A stretch of 64,000 bases of DNA from an uncultured Acidobacteriota bacterium (GTDB lineage Bacteria; Acidobacteriota; Vicinamibacteria; Vicinamibacterales; 2-12-FULL-66-21), in contig CAVQXJ010000011.1 in assembly GCA_963717745.1 (NCBI GenBank), forward strand, positions 26,948 through 90,947, given 5' to 3'. Positions 1 through 9,700 of the stretch are shown piece after piece. Under the pieces are notes generated by a model that saw only the letters and a list, made by a program, of their open reading frames with translations, had not been told where the DNA came from and ran no database searches. Made by a program: the position numbers and the translations under genes. Numbering within the stretch: position 1 is the stretch's first letter; every line of letters starts with the position of its first letter.

Positions 1-398
1 CGCCGCCATAGAGGAGAAGGCCGCCAAAGGTCATGCGGGGCCGGGCAAACCTCCAGGCCCACTTGCCGGTCTAAGTACTCCACGATGCGGATCAGGCGTG
101 GACTTGGCAGCCGTCGATTGCCGTGCGGTTGTATCGCCGGCATCTACGAAACTTATCGCGACGAGGTCGTCACGATTCTCGACGCACCTGCGACCGGTTG
201 TGTCGACCCCGACCACCTTGCTGGCACCATCCTTCCCACGCTCGTGACCGACGCCGATCGTTCGCTCGAGCCTTCCAGCCCACCTGAATAGTTCCGCCTT
301 CCAGCGGGTAGTCGTCGATCCGCAGACCGGATACAGTGGGTATCGGCGCCGGCACGCGGTCTGAGCCGTGGCAAGAGCGGTGCCGCGTCTCTATCCCG

Positions 399-1148
399 AT
401 GAAGATTGCAACCTGGAACGTCAACGGCATTCGCGCCCGCCAAGCTCAGGTTCAGGACTGGATCGAGGCCGAACGCCCCGATGTGGTCTGCCTGCAGGAG
501 ATCAAGGCGTCGGTCGATCAGCTTCCGGTCTGGCTGTGCGAGCTGGAAGGCTACTGGTGCTACTGGCACGGCGAGAAGGGCTACTCCGGCGTGGGCCTGC
601 ATGTGAGCAAGTCGGTGTCGCCCGAGCGGCCCGACTTCTCACACCCGCCGTTCGACTACGAGAACCGGATGGTGCAGGTGCGGCTGCCGGCGCTCACCGT
701 GGTATCGGTCTACGTGCCGAACGGCGGCAAGGACTTCGACGCCAAGATGCGCTTCCTGGGAGAGCTGGAGTCGTACACCGCGGCGCTCGAAGCGAGCGCG
801 TCGCCGGTGGTGATCTGCGGAGACCTCAACATCGCGCGCACCGATCGCGACGTGCATCCGAAAGAGCGCAAGCCGCGCATCATCGGCCAGCTCCCCGAGG
901 AGCGCGCGCTGCTCGAGCGCATCATCGGCCACGGGCTGGTCGACACCGGCCGCGCGCTGGATCCCGAGAACGATCAGATGTTCACGTGGTGGGCGCCGTG
1001 GCGCAACATGCGGCAGCGGAACATCGGGTGGCGGCTCGACTACCTGCTCGCGAGTCAGCCGATCTTCGACACCGTGCGCAGTTGCGTGGTGCAGAAGGAC
1101 ATCGGCACCAGCGATCACGCGCCGGTGGTGGCTGAATACGGGTTCTAG
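399..1148 (+). CDS. xthA: exodeoxyribonuclease III / AP endonuclease (EEP fold)
   Basis: Track ORF 336..1148. From the internal Met (ATG 399) it reads MKIATWNVNGIRAR..PDVVCLQEIKA..GYSGV..SDHAPVV, which matches the ExoIII family pattern end to end. The 21-codon upstream extension is not family-like. Confidence 0.9.
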   Translation: MKIATWNVNGIRARQAQVQDWIEAERPDVVCLQEIKASVDQLPVWLCELEGYWCYWHGEKGYSGVGLHVSKSVSPERPDFSHPPFDYENRMVQVRLPALTVVSVYVPNGGKDFDAKMRFLGELESYTAALEASASPVVICGDLNIARTDRDVHPKERKPRIIGQLPEERALLERIIGHGLVDTGRALDPENDQMFTWWAPWRNMRQRNIGWRLDYLLASQPIFDTVRSCVVQKDIGTSDHAPVVAEYGF

Positions 1149-1152
1149 AGAG

Positions 1153-1304
1153 GTCAAATCCCAAGCTTCAAGCTCCAAATCCCAACCACTCCCAACTTCC
1201 AAATCCCAAAAGGAACTCCCACCTTCCAAATTCCAATGAACTTCCCATTGGGATTTGGGAGTTGGGCGTGGTTGGAGCTTGGGATTTGGAGCTTGGGATT
1301 TGAC
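1153..1304. repeat. palindromic intergenic element, family A (CCAA/TTGG heptamer-array arms)
   Basis: A ~57-nt C/A-rich left arm (gtcaaatcccaagcttcaagctccaaatcccaacc...) faces its imperfect reverse complement (...ggttggagcttgggatttggagcttgggatttgac) around a ~38-nt loop. 1268..1301 is identical over 34 nt to 61821..61854. Confidence 0.85.
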
Positions 1305-1311
1305 ACAACCC

Positions 1312-1350
1312 TTGACAAACGGATTACTAAATACTAAATACTTAGTAATG
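1312..1350 (+). promoter_or_regulatory. candidate sigma70-type promoter plus BlaI-type dyad operator overlapping the blaI-like start codon
   Basis: TTGACA (1312..1317), 17 nt spacer, TAAATA (1335..1340). An AT-rich island attactaaatactaaatacttagtaat carries the dyad tactaa-atac-ttagta (1332..1347) and an outer dyad attactaa/ttagtaat. The ATG is at 1348. Confidence 0.4.
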
Positions 1351-1725
1351 AGATCCGCGCACCCCACCCTGACCCCGCACGAGCTGGCGATCATGAAGAT
1401 CGTCTGGCGGCTCGAGCGGGCCACCACCCGTGACGTCTACGAGGCGCTGCGCGAGCGGCGCGACATCGCCTACACCACGGTGATGACCATGATGAAGATT
1501 CTCGAGGAAAAGAAATACCTCAAGAAGACGCAGGTCGATCGCGCCTATGAATACCGCCCCGCCAAACCCCATCAGCAGGTGATCGGCGCGATGGTGCGGG
1601 ACTTCCTGGATCGGGTGTTCGACGGGGCGGCCACCCCGCTGCTCGTCCATCTCGCCAGGGATCGCAAGCTGTCGAAGGCCGACAAGGAAACCATCCTGCG
1701 GATGACCGAGGAGATCGACGAATGA
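1348..1725 (+). CDS. BlaI/MecI/CopY family transcriptional repressor
   Basis: From Met 1348: MRSAHPTLTPHELAIMKIVWRLERATTRDVYEALRERRDIAYTTVMTMMKILEEKKYLKK, a winged-helix penicillinase-repressor pattern. The stop overlaps the start of the M56 gene (ATGA at 1722). The track extension 1255..1347 runs through repeat A1 and is rejected. Confidence 0.9.
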   Translation: MRSAHPTLTPHELAIMKIVWRLERATTRDVYEALRERRDIAYTTVMTMMKILEEKKYLKKTQVDRAYEYRPAKPHQQVIGAMVRDFLDRVFDGAATPLLVHLARDRKLSKADKETILRMTEEIDE

Positions 1726-3560
1726 CCCCGCTGCCGCTGGGCAACCTGATCGCGTGGAGTGTGCAGGTCGCGCTGATCGTCGGAGTCGGGCTCGCCGCGC
1801 TCTGGCTGGTCCGGCTCGAGGCGCCGGCGGTGCGGTACGTGCTCCTTCGCGCGCTGCTCGTGATCTGCCTCGCGCTGCCGTTCGTGCAGCCGCGCATCGC
1901 ACTCCAACGCCCGGCTGTCTCCCCGGCTGCACCGGCCGCCGCGGTGGACGTCTCCACGGGCCTTTCAACCGGCGCTGCACCGGCCGCGCGGGCGGCCTGG
2001 CTCCCTTCAGATGCGGCGGTGGTGGCCGCGGTGATCGGCGGCGGCGCATTGCTGCGGCTGCTCTGGATCGTGGCGGGCATCGCCAGGCTGCGGAGGCTGC
2101 GGCGTGCCGGCGTCATCGCGGACGCTTCGCGCGATCATGACGAGCTGCAGCGGGTGATCACCGGGCGCGCGACGATCCGCTATGTGCCGGGGCTCGGCCA
2201 GCCGGTGACCTTCGGCTTTCAGTCGCCGGTGATTCTGCTGCCGTCCGCGGTCCGGGATCTGCCGATCCCGATCCAGCGGGCCGTGCTCGCGCACGAGCTC
2301 TGGCACGTGCAGCGCGCCGATTGGCTGTCGACGTTGTGCGAAGAAGCGGTGCGCGCTCTGCTTTGGTTCCATCCCGCGGTCGGCGCACTCGTCTCGCGGA
2401 TTCAGGCGGCGCGCGAAGAAGTGGTCGACGAGCTGGCGATTCTGACCACCGGCTCGCGGCGGACCTATGTGAATGCCCTGCTCGCGTTTGCTGATGCCCC
2501 CTCTTCAGTGGCCGCCCCCGCGTTCGCGCGCCGCCGGCACCTGGTTCGCAGGCTCGTACTGATTTCCAAGGAGGTTGTGATGTCCGGAAGACGCGTGGTC
2601 GTGAGCGCTGCGGCAGTCGGCGCCCTGGTCCTGGGCAGCGCCTGGTATTCGGTCCAGGCCTTTCCGATGCGGGAGCAGCAGCCCCCAGCGGACAGCCTGC
2701 GCAGCGTACCGGGGCCGGTCGAGAGTCAAGCCCGGCCCATCACTCCTGAGAATCCAGTTCCGCGGCGAACCTACAGCGTGCCGGCCGCGGATCCCGCGGT
2801 GATGCCCGCCGGATCGGCCGGGACGGTCACCGTGCGGCTGATCCTGGACGAAACCGGACACGTCGCCGAACAGCGCATCGCGGGAGTGACGCTGCGGCAG
2901 AACGATGGCTTCACGGTGAACCTCCCCAGGCCAACTCGAGAGAGTCTCGACTGGTATGAAGCGGGGGACCTATCGAGGATCGGCGGGGGTGCAAGCACTC
3001 TCGATGCAGCCTGCGGCGGAGGTCGTCGAGGCGATGATGGATTCTGCCGTGCGGGCGGTCACGCAATGGCAATACGCGCCGCCTGAGGATGGTCCCATCG
3101 CCTTTGACGTGGTGCTGCGGTTTGGCGCACCGCCACCTCCGCCGCCCCCCCTCCCCCGGGGACGCGCGCCTCGGGCCGGTCGATGCCGCCACCTCCGCCC
3201 CCCCCGCCCGCGACCAGTCCACGCCCCGGCATGCTTTCGGCACCGGCACCCCCGCCGGGCGCCGGCGACGACGGTGCGGTTCGCGTGGGCGGTGAGATCA
3301 AGGCCCCGATGAAGGTGAGGAACGTCAACCCTGTTTATCCGCAGGACGCGCAGACCGCGCGGGTGCAGGGGGTGGTGATCATCGAAGCGCGGATCGAGGC
3401 TGATGGCACGGTCGGCAGCGCCCGGGTGCTGCGCTCGATCCCGATGCTGGACGAGGCCGCCGTCGACGCGGTGCGGCAGTGGGAGTTCACCCCGACGCTG
3501 GTGAATGGCGTGCCTGTACCGGTCATCATGACCGTGACGGTGAATTTCACGCTTCAGTGA
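1722..3560 (+). pseudogene. BlaR1-like M56 metallopeptidase sensor fused to two TonB C-terminal-like domains; reading frame broken twice
   Basis: HELWHVQRAD (HEXXH) and the N-terminal TM segments are in frame 1722..3086. The end of a first TonB_C-like domain (AAEVVEAMMDSAVRAVTQWQYAPPEDGPIAFDVVLRF) appears only in the frame of ORF 2956..3312. After a poly-Pro linker, a second TonB_C domain (VRVGGEIKAP..YPQDAQTARVQGVVIIEARI..AAVDAVRQWEFTP) is in frame 3183..3560. The frame switches fall at G5 runs (~2953-2988) and at C7-C8 runs (~3143-3204). Confidence 0.65.
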
Positions 3561-3569
3561 GGCGGGCGG

Positions 3570-3651
3570 GGAGGGTGTCAGGCAGTGAATCGTGAACGAA
3601 GGCGGGGCCTGACACTTGCCTTCGTTCACGATTCACTGCCTGACACCCTCC
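3570..3651. terminator. 34-bp perfect-stem palindrome between convergent genes; the right arm supplies the last codons and stop of pepT
   Basis: ggagggtgtcaggcagtgaatcgtgaacgaaggc (3570..3603), then a 13-nt loop, then the exact reverse complement (3617..3651, one extra unpaired 5' t). No T-tract. The arm contains the tandem units gtgaatc/gtgaacg. Confidence 0.55.
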
Positions 3652-4868
3652 TCCCACACGCGCGCGAGGTTGACGATCACCTCCACGGCCTTCTCCATGT
3701 CCTGCACCGACACCCACTCCAGCCGGGAGTGAAAATTGTGTTCGCCGGCAAAAAGGTTGGGCGTCGGCAGGCCCATGAACGAGAGTCGTGAGCCGTCGGT
3801 GCCGCCGCGGATCGGCTTCTCGATCGGCTCGATCCCGGCGCGCCGGATCGCCGCTCGCGCGTGCTCGAGCACCAGGGGATGGTGGTCGAGGATTTCGCGC
3901 ATGTTCCGGTAGGACTCGTCGATCCGGATGTCGAGCGTCGCGCCGGGCGTCGCAGCGACCACTTCGCGTGCGAGCCGTTCGACCAGCGCCTCCTTCTCCG
4001 CCAGTGACGCCGTCACGAAATCTCTGATCAGGATCTTCACCCGGGTGCGATCCACCGACGCCTCGAGTTGATACGGGTGCACGAACCCCTCGTAGCCCTC
4101 GGTCGTCTCCGGGGACAGTGCCGAGGTCGGCAGGCGATCGATGAAGCGGGACGCCACTCGAATCGCATTGATCATCCGACCCTTCGCATAGCCCGGATGG
4201 GTGTTGAACCCTCCGAAGGTCAAGGTCATCGCATCCGCCGAGAAGCTCTCGTACTCGAGCTCGCCGCGCGCGCCGCCGTCAAGCGTGTACGCGCACACCG
4301 CGCCGAACCGCGCGACGTCGAAGTGATCGGCGCCGCGCCCGATCTCCTCGTCCGGGGTGAAGGCAATCCGGATGGCTCCGTGCGGGATCTCCGGGTGGCG
4401 CATCAGGTAGTCGGCCGCGGTCACGATCTCGGCCACGCCCGCCTTGTCGTCCGCTCCGAGCAGGGTCAGGCCGGACGCCGTCACGATGTCGTGGCCCAGC
4501 TGCTCGGCGAGCTCCGGAATCTCGCGCGTCCGGAGCACCGCGGTTGGATCGTCCGGCAGCAGCAGGTCGCGGCCGTCGTACCGCTCGTGCACGATCGGAC
4601 GGACGTGGTCCGACGGCATTTCCGGCGAGGTGTCGACGTGCGCCACCAGCCCGATCACCGGCACCGCGTGGCCGACCGTCGCGGGCACGGTCGCCATCAG
4701 GTATCCATTCGTGTCGAGGGTCACGTCCTCGAGACCAATGACGCGCAGCTCCTCGGCCAGGATCCGCATGAGCACCAGCTGGCCAGGGGTGCTCGGGACG
4801 GTCGCCGAATGTTCATCGGACCGGGTGTCGATGGACGCGTAACGAAGGAAGCGATCGAGGACGGACAT
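3633..4868 (-). CDS. pepT: peptidase T (tripeptide aminopeptidase, M20B)
   Basis: 411 aa: MSVLDRFLRYASIDTRSDE..GLVAHVDTSPE..ADDKAG..FTPDEEIG..FAGEHNFHS. This is the full-length PepT pattern. Confidence 0.9.
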   Translation of the reverse strand: MSVLDRFLRYASIDTRSDEHSATVPSTPGQLVLMRILAEELRVIGLEDVTLDTNGYLMATVPATVGHAVPVIGLVAHVDTSPEMPSDHVRPIVHERYDGRDLLLPDDPTAVLRTREIPELAEQLGHDIVTASGLTLLGADDKAGVAEIVTAADYLMRHPEIPHGAIRIAFTPDEEIGRGADHFDVARFGAVCAYTLDGGARGELEYESFSADAMTLTFGGFNTHPGYAKGRMINAIRVASRFIDRLPTSALSPETTEGYEGFVHPYQLEASVDRTRVKILIRDFVTASLAEKEALVERLAREVVAATPGATLDIRIDESYRNMREILDHHPLVLEHARAAIRRAGIEPIEKPIRGGTDGSRLSFMGLPTPNLFAGEHNFHSRLEWVSVQDMEKAVEVIVNLARVWEEGVRQ

Positions 4869-5865
4869 GGGTGCGTGAATGCCTCAGGCGAAAGTCGGCG
4901 GCGCGAACCGCCGCGATGAACGGCGCACGGGAGTCGCCTTCGTCAAGGCGACGGCGCCCAAGGTCGCCTTCGCCGCCAAGGCGACGGCGCCCAAGGAGCT
5001 CCCGCATGACGGTCGCATGTGCGTTGTCGACGGCGCGAACCACGCCGGCCAGGCCGCCGTCCTGGTAGGCGCTCCAGCTGGCGAAGAGATGCGCCGCGAG
5101 GAACGCCTTGATCCCGCGGTCGAGGGATGACGGCTCGCCTTTCGGCGGACCAGAGCGGCGGGCGCGATGGAACGCCTCGCCGACCCGGGTCGCGAGCGAG
5201 TCGCCCCCCGGCTGCCACGCTTGCACATCGTCAGTGGCCGCGGCAATCACCGCCAGCGCGTCGCGCGCGGCGCGGCTGCGGTCGTTGAACGTGGCAACCG
5301 CTTCCCGCTCCCAGCCGCCATAGCCGTCGGGATCGGTGAGCATGCCCGGCCGCAGGAGCGGCGGAAGGACCGCGGTCGCATCGAGCCCCTCGGCCGCTCC
5401 ATTCAAGGACAGCGCTGCCGGCGCTTCCACGATCGCGATCTCCCCGCCGTCTTCCAGCAGTGCGGCTGCGGTGGGGCAGAAGTGCGACAGGGTGATGAAC
5501 ATGCCGCGCCGGTCGAGCAGCGTGACCCGGGGGAAATTGCGGCACGCGACCGGAAGCACGGCCTCACCCGCCTGCCGGTGGACGCCGCAGCGCTGCCGGT
5601 CGGCTTCGAGAAACACGCACGCGTGGCCGTCCTTTGTTCGAAGGACCTGGGACCGGCCGTCCGGGCCTTCGCTTTCTTCGAAAGCGCGATCAGCGGTCCA
5701 GGCCGGCCCGAGCCCGCCCCGGTTCAGCACCTCAATCAGCGGCGGCTCGGCTGGGATTGGCCAACCGGCAGTGCAGCACGCGCCGGAGTGTGCGCACCGG
5801 TAGCGGGCATGGACGCTGAGACAGTAGGCGGGCACCGGATTTCGATTCTGTAACATCGATTGCAA
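4813..5865 (-). CDS. YkgJ-type (CxxCxxCC) zinc/iron-chelating cysteine-cluster protein
   Basis: N-terminal CAHSGACCTAGW and later ACVFLEADRQRCGVHR..ACRNFPR cysteine clusters typical of the PF03692-like family. The 3' end overlaps pepT by 56 nt in another frame. There is an in-frame tandem repeat at 4933..4995. Confidence 0.6.
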   Translation of the reverse strand: MQSMLQNRNPVPAYCLSVHARYRCAHSGACCTAGWPIPAEPPLIEVLNRGGLGPAWTADRAFEESEGPDGRSQVLRTKDGHACVFLEADRQRCGVHRQAGEAVLPVACRNFPRVTLLDRRGMFITLSHFCPTAAALLEDGGEIAIVEAPAALSLNGAAEGLDATAVLPPLLRPGMLTDPDGYGGWEREAVATFNDRSRAARDALAVIAAATDDVQAWQPGGDSLATRVGEAFHRARRSGPPKGEPSSLDRGIKAFLAAHLFASWSAYQDGGLAGVVRAVDNAHATVMRELLGRRRLGGEGDLGRRRLDEGDSRAPFIAAVRAADFRLRHSRTHVRPRSLPSLRVHRHPVR

Positions 5866-5959
5866 AACTGCGAGCGGTCACCACGCGATCTGCAAGGACA
5901 TCGGGCGAAAAGACCGGCCGGTTCCGGGCCCATCTCTTGCTCCGGGAGAGATACCCATC

Positions 5960-6592
5960 ATGTCAGACAGGGAGACCTTCGGACCCCGGTTGCGCAGCGA
6001 GCGTGAGCGCCGCGGCATTTCACTGGAGACCATTGCCACGGTCACCAAAGTGAGCGCGGATCTGTGGGATGGCCTCGAGCGCAATGATTTTTCGCGCTGG
6101 CCCACCGGAATCTTCGCCCGTGCCTTCGTTCGCGACTACGCGAAAGCGGTCGGACTCGATGCCGACGAAATCGTCGACGAGTTCTGCCGGCTGTTCGCGA
6201 TCGGCGACCGCCGGGCGGAACGGGTGATCAAGGCGCAGGGAGCACTGATTGGGCACGCCGTCACCCTCGACGGGTCGATGGTGCCACCGACCGGCGACCG
6301 TCGCGTCATTGCCCGCATCAAGCAGGAGCAGGCCCGGGCGCGCCGCATCCGCCTCGCCCCGCGCACGGTCGCGGCCGGAATCGACACCGGCGTCGCCCTC
6401 TTCGCCACCGCCGGCGTGTCGATGGCGCTCAATACCGGCTTCTGGACCACCGCCGCCGCGCTCGGCCTCGCCTACTACGGCGTCTCAACCATCGTCCTGG
6501 GCACGACCCCGGGCAGCAAGGCCGTCGACGCGCTCCGCCACCGTCTCCCGACGCTGTTCGCCGTCCACGATCGCCGCGCGCACGCGGCGTGA
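5960..6592 (+). CDS. helix-turn-helix (RodZ/XRE-like) membrane-anchored protein
   Basis: FGPRLRSERERRGISLETIATVTKVSADLWDGLERNDFSRWP is an HTH_25-like N-terminus. Hydrophobic segments follow at the C-terminus. Confidence 0.7.
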   Translation: MSDRETFGPRLRSERERRGISLETIATVTKVSADLWDGLERNDFSRWPTGIFARAFVRDYAKAVGLDADEIVDEFCRLFAIGDRRAERVIKAQGALIGHAVTLDGSMVPPTGDRRVIARIKQEQARARRIRLAPRTVAAGIDTGVALFATAGVSMALNTGFWTTAAALGLAYYGVSTIVLGTTPGSKAVDALRHRLPTLFAVHDRRAHAA

Positions 6593-6720
6593 GTCTCTTC
6601 GGACGCCTGTTCGCTGTCACGCTGCAATCGTGATCACGGCGCCTGCGGCGCGCTGGCGCTTCGTCCGCCTTCGCGCGAAGCGCTTCGGCAAGACCTAGCC
6701 GTTCCCCGCCGAAGGCGGCG
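6591..6720. repeat. arm-less fragment related to the element at 56775..57050
   Basis: It shares agtctcttcg (6592..6601 = 56841..56850), gctgcaatcgtg (6621..6632 = 56960..56971) and the 22-mer cctgcggcgcgctggcgcttcg (6642..6663 = 56779..56800). It contains its own hairpin ccgccttcg...cgaaggcgg. Confidence 0.6.
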
Positions 6721-6789
6721 TGACACGCGACCGGTGTTCAATCCAGCACCAGCCTCGGCTTAGCACCGCGGCTGGTGTCTAATCCTTCC

Positions 6790-9700
6790 ATGCGGCACTA
6801 CGCGTGGCTTCTTGTGCTCCTCAGCGCGTCCCCGGCAGCGGCGCAGACAAGTGCTCCCTCACTTCGTGTCCTCAGCGCCGGGCCGACCGGCGAGATAGCG
6901 ACCCTCTCCGAGGCCAACGAGATACGGGTGGTCTTCTCGGAGCCGATGGTGGCGGTGGGCCGCATCCCCGAGCGCGTGGTGGCGCCATTCTTTCGTGTCA
7001 CGCCGGCAATCCCCGGGGCGTTCCGCTGGTCAGGCACGACCATCCTGATCTTCACGCCGGACGCGAAGCGTCCGCTGCCTTACGCCACCAAGTTCGACGT
7101 CACCATCGATCCCGGCGCCACCGCGGTCAGCGGCCGGCGGCTCGCGCGCGTGCATCGGTTCAGCTTCACGACGCCGACCGTCCGCCTCTTGAACACGAAC
7201 TGGTATCGCCGCGGCGGTCGCGCTGGAGCGCCAATGGTGATCCTGCTGCGCTTCAACCAGCCGGTCCGGCCGGCCGACGTCGCTCCCCACATCGCGGCCC
7301 GGCTCCAGCAGCACGACTGGGACGTGCCGGGGCTCACCCCTGAAGGTATCGAGCGGCTGAAGACGATCGATCCGTCGGCCGTCCAGCGCTTCAACGCCAA
7401 GGTGACGGCCACGGCGGCCGTCACGAAGTCGACCGCGCCGGTCGCGCTTCGGCTCACGACCGACTGGGACAAGAAGCAGACTCCGCCGGCGCGCGATCTG
7501 GTCGTCTTCGAAACGACGACGGCGGTCGCGCCGGAGGCGTGGGTGCGGGTCGCGGTTCTTCCGACGGTGCCGTCGCCCGCGGGCCCGGAGAAGCCGCGCG
7601 GCGAGACCGAATATGTGATCAAGGTGGAGCGCGCCTTCTTCGTCGACGGATTCCACTGCAGGCAGGCCTGCCCGGCCGACCTCGGGAACCACGTAAGCTT
7701 CCGCGGCCTGGTCGACGCGAAAGCGTACGCGTCTGCGACCCAGGCCGCGCAGGCGACGGCGCCAGGCCGGTTCGTGCCCGTGGCCAAGCTCCCGGTTCCG
7801 CATCCGCGGCCCAGTTGGGCGCTGGACGAGGCCCCGAGTTTCTCGCTCGAGGACGCCGGGTTCGATCGGCAACCACCGGCGCAGACGTTCAGCGTCACCA
7901 TCGACGGATCGCTGCGTGCCGCCGACGGTCAGACGCTCGGCTACACCTGGGCCGGCTCTGTCGAGAACTGGCACGAGCGGGCGTTCACCAGCTTTGGCGA
8001 CGGCCACGGCGTCTGGGAGCGGGGCGCCGGACTTCAGCTGCCGTTCTACGCGCGTAACATGCGCGGCATTACGCAGTGGTCGCAGCGCGTGCCGCTTCCC
8101 GATCTCGTGCCGATGGTCGTCCGCCTGCAGCCGGACACCATGGAAGGTGGTTTCCGGCAGTTCAGCGAGACACCGGCGTCGCCGGGACAGAACCGGCGGC
8201 TCAACGTCACGCCTGACCGCATCCAGTCGCACGGCTTCGATCTGTCGCCGGTGCTCGGCTCGTCCGACACCGGCCTGGTGTGGGCCGCGATCCGTGAAGG
8301 CGATCCGATCGAACGCGCGGTCCCGCTGTCCGACAGCAACGACGTCAAGACCCGCTCGACGATCGTCCAGGTCACGAACCTCGGACTCTCGGTCAAGGAC
8401 AGCCCGCAGAACACTCTCGTGTTCGTCACGCGGCTGGACACCGCTGCACCGGTGCCGGCCGCCAGAGTCTCGATTCTCAACCTGAAGAATCAGACGGTGT
8501 GGAGCGGCACCACCGCCGCCGACGGCGTCGCGGTCGCCCCGAAAACACCCACCCTGCGCGACCCGGAGCGGTGGTGGAGGCTGTCCTTCGTCGTCACCGC
8601 AGAAAAGGACGGTGACGTCGCGTATGTCGGCAGCGATTGGACAGAAGGGATCACGCCTTGGGAGTTCGGGTCGCACTTCGACCTGAATCAGGCGCAGCCG
8701 ATGCTGCGTGGCACGGTCTTCACCGACCGCGGCGTCTATCGGCTCGGCGAGGAAGTGCGATTGAAGGCCATCCTGCGCCACAACACGCCGCAGGGGATCC
8801 GGTTGCTGGCTGCCGGGACCAGCGTGCTGCTCTCGGTGCGCGACGGTCAGGATCGGCTGATCGCGGAACGCGCCGTCACCGTGAATGCCTGGAGCAGTGC
8901 GGAGTGGGCGCTGACGCTGCCAGCCGAAGGCAACCTCGGCTCCTATTCGGTCCGCGCCATCCTCGAGAGCGACAAGCCGGTCGCGAAAAAGCCCGAGGAG
9001 CTGCGCCCGGGCGACGAGCCCGGGCCGGGTGCCGACGATGAGGTGGCTTACGAGAAGGTGGTGCGGGCGTCGTTTCTGGTGGCGGCGTACCGCAGGCCGG
9101 ACTTCCGCGTCGACGTGAAGCTGACGAGCGCGTCGGCCAAGGCCGGCGACCCGGTGAAAGCCGTGGTCTCAGCGAAGTACCTGTTCGGCGCGGCGATGCC
9201 GGTGCGGCCGGCGACGTGGACCTGGACGCGGTCGCCCGCAAGCGCGGCGCCGGCCGCGGTGTATGACGCGCTGCCCGACGGCGACCGCTGGGAATTCGTC
9301 GGTTCGGTCGAGCGCGACCCAGACCAGTCGCCGGTGATGAGCCGGGAGGCGAAGACCACCAAGATCGGCGAGCTGAGTCTGGACCTGCCGACCAGACTCG
9401 ATGCCGGCGTGCCCTACCTCTACACGCTCGAGGCGGATGTCGAGGACGTGTCGCGCCAGCACATCGCGAACCGCGCCACCGTGACCGTCCATCCCGCCGA
9501 CTGGTACATCGGTGTCCGCCGGCCGAACTACTTCATCGATCAGAAGGCAGGTCTCAAGACTGAAGTGGTCAGCGTCACGCCGACCGGTCAGGTGATCGCC
9601 GGGGTGCCCATCGAGATCAAGCTGACGCAGGTGCAGTGGAACAGCGTCCGACGCGCCGAAGGCAACGGGTTCTACACGTGGGAGACGGAGAAGAAGCGAG

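Noticed and set aside
85-291. 68-aa plus-strand ORF with CGC..C..H pattern (MRIRRGLGSRRLPCGCIAGIYETYRDEVV..). A possible minus-strand gene start lies at 34 (MTFGGLLLYGG..)
   Set aside because: Third-position GC is only about two-thirds, clearly lower than in the confident genes. I do not recognise the family. The frame is open to the window edge, so its true extent is unknown. There is too little evidence to call either one.
1255-1347. N-terminal extensions of track ORFs that run through repeats (1255..1347 for blaI, 48455..48748, 56718..57131, 23510..23659 for speA)
   Set aside because: The extensions translate the low-complexity repeat arms (for example WSLGFGAWDL) or non-family sequence. 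In each case a downstream Met gives a family-typical N-terminus.
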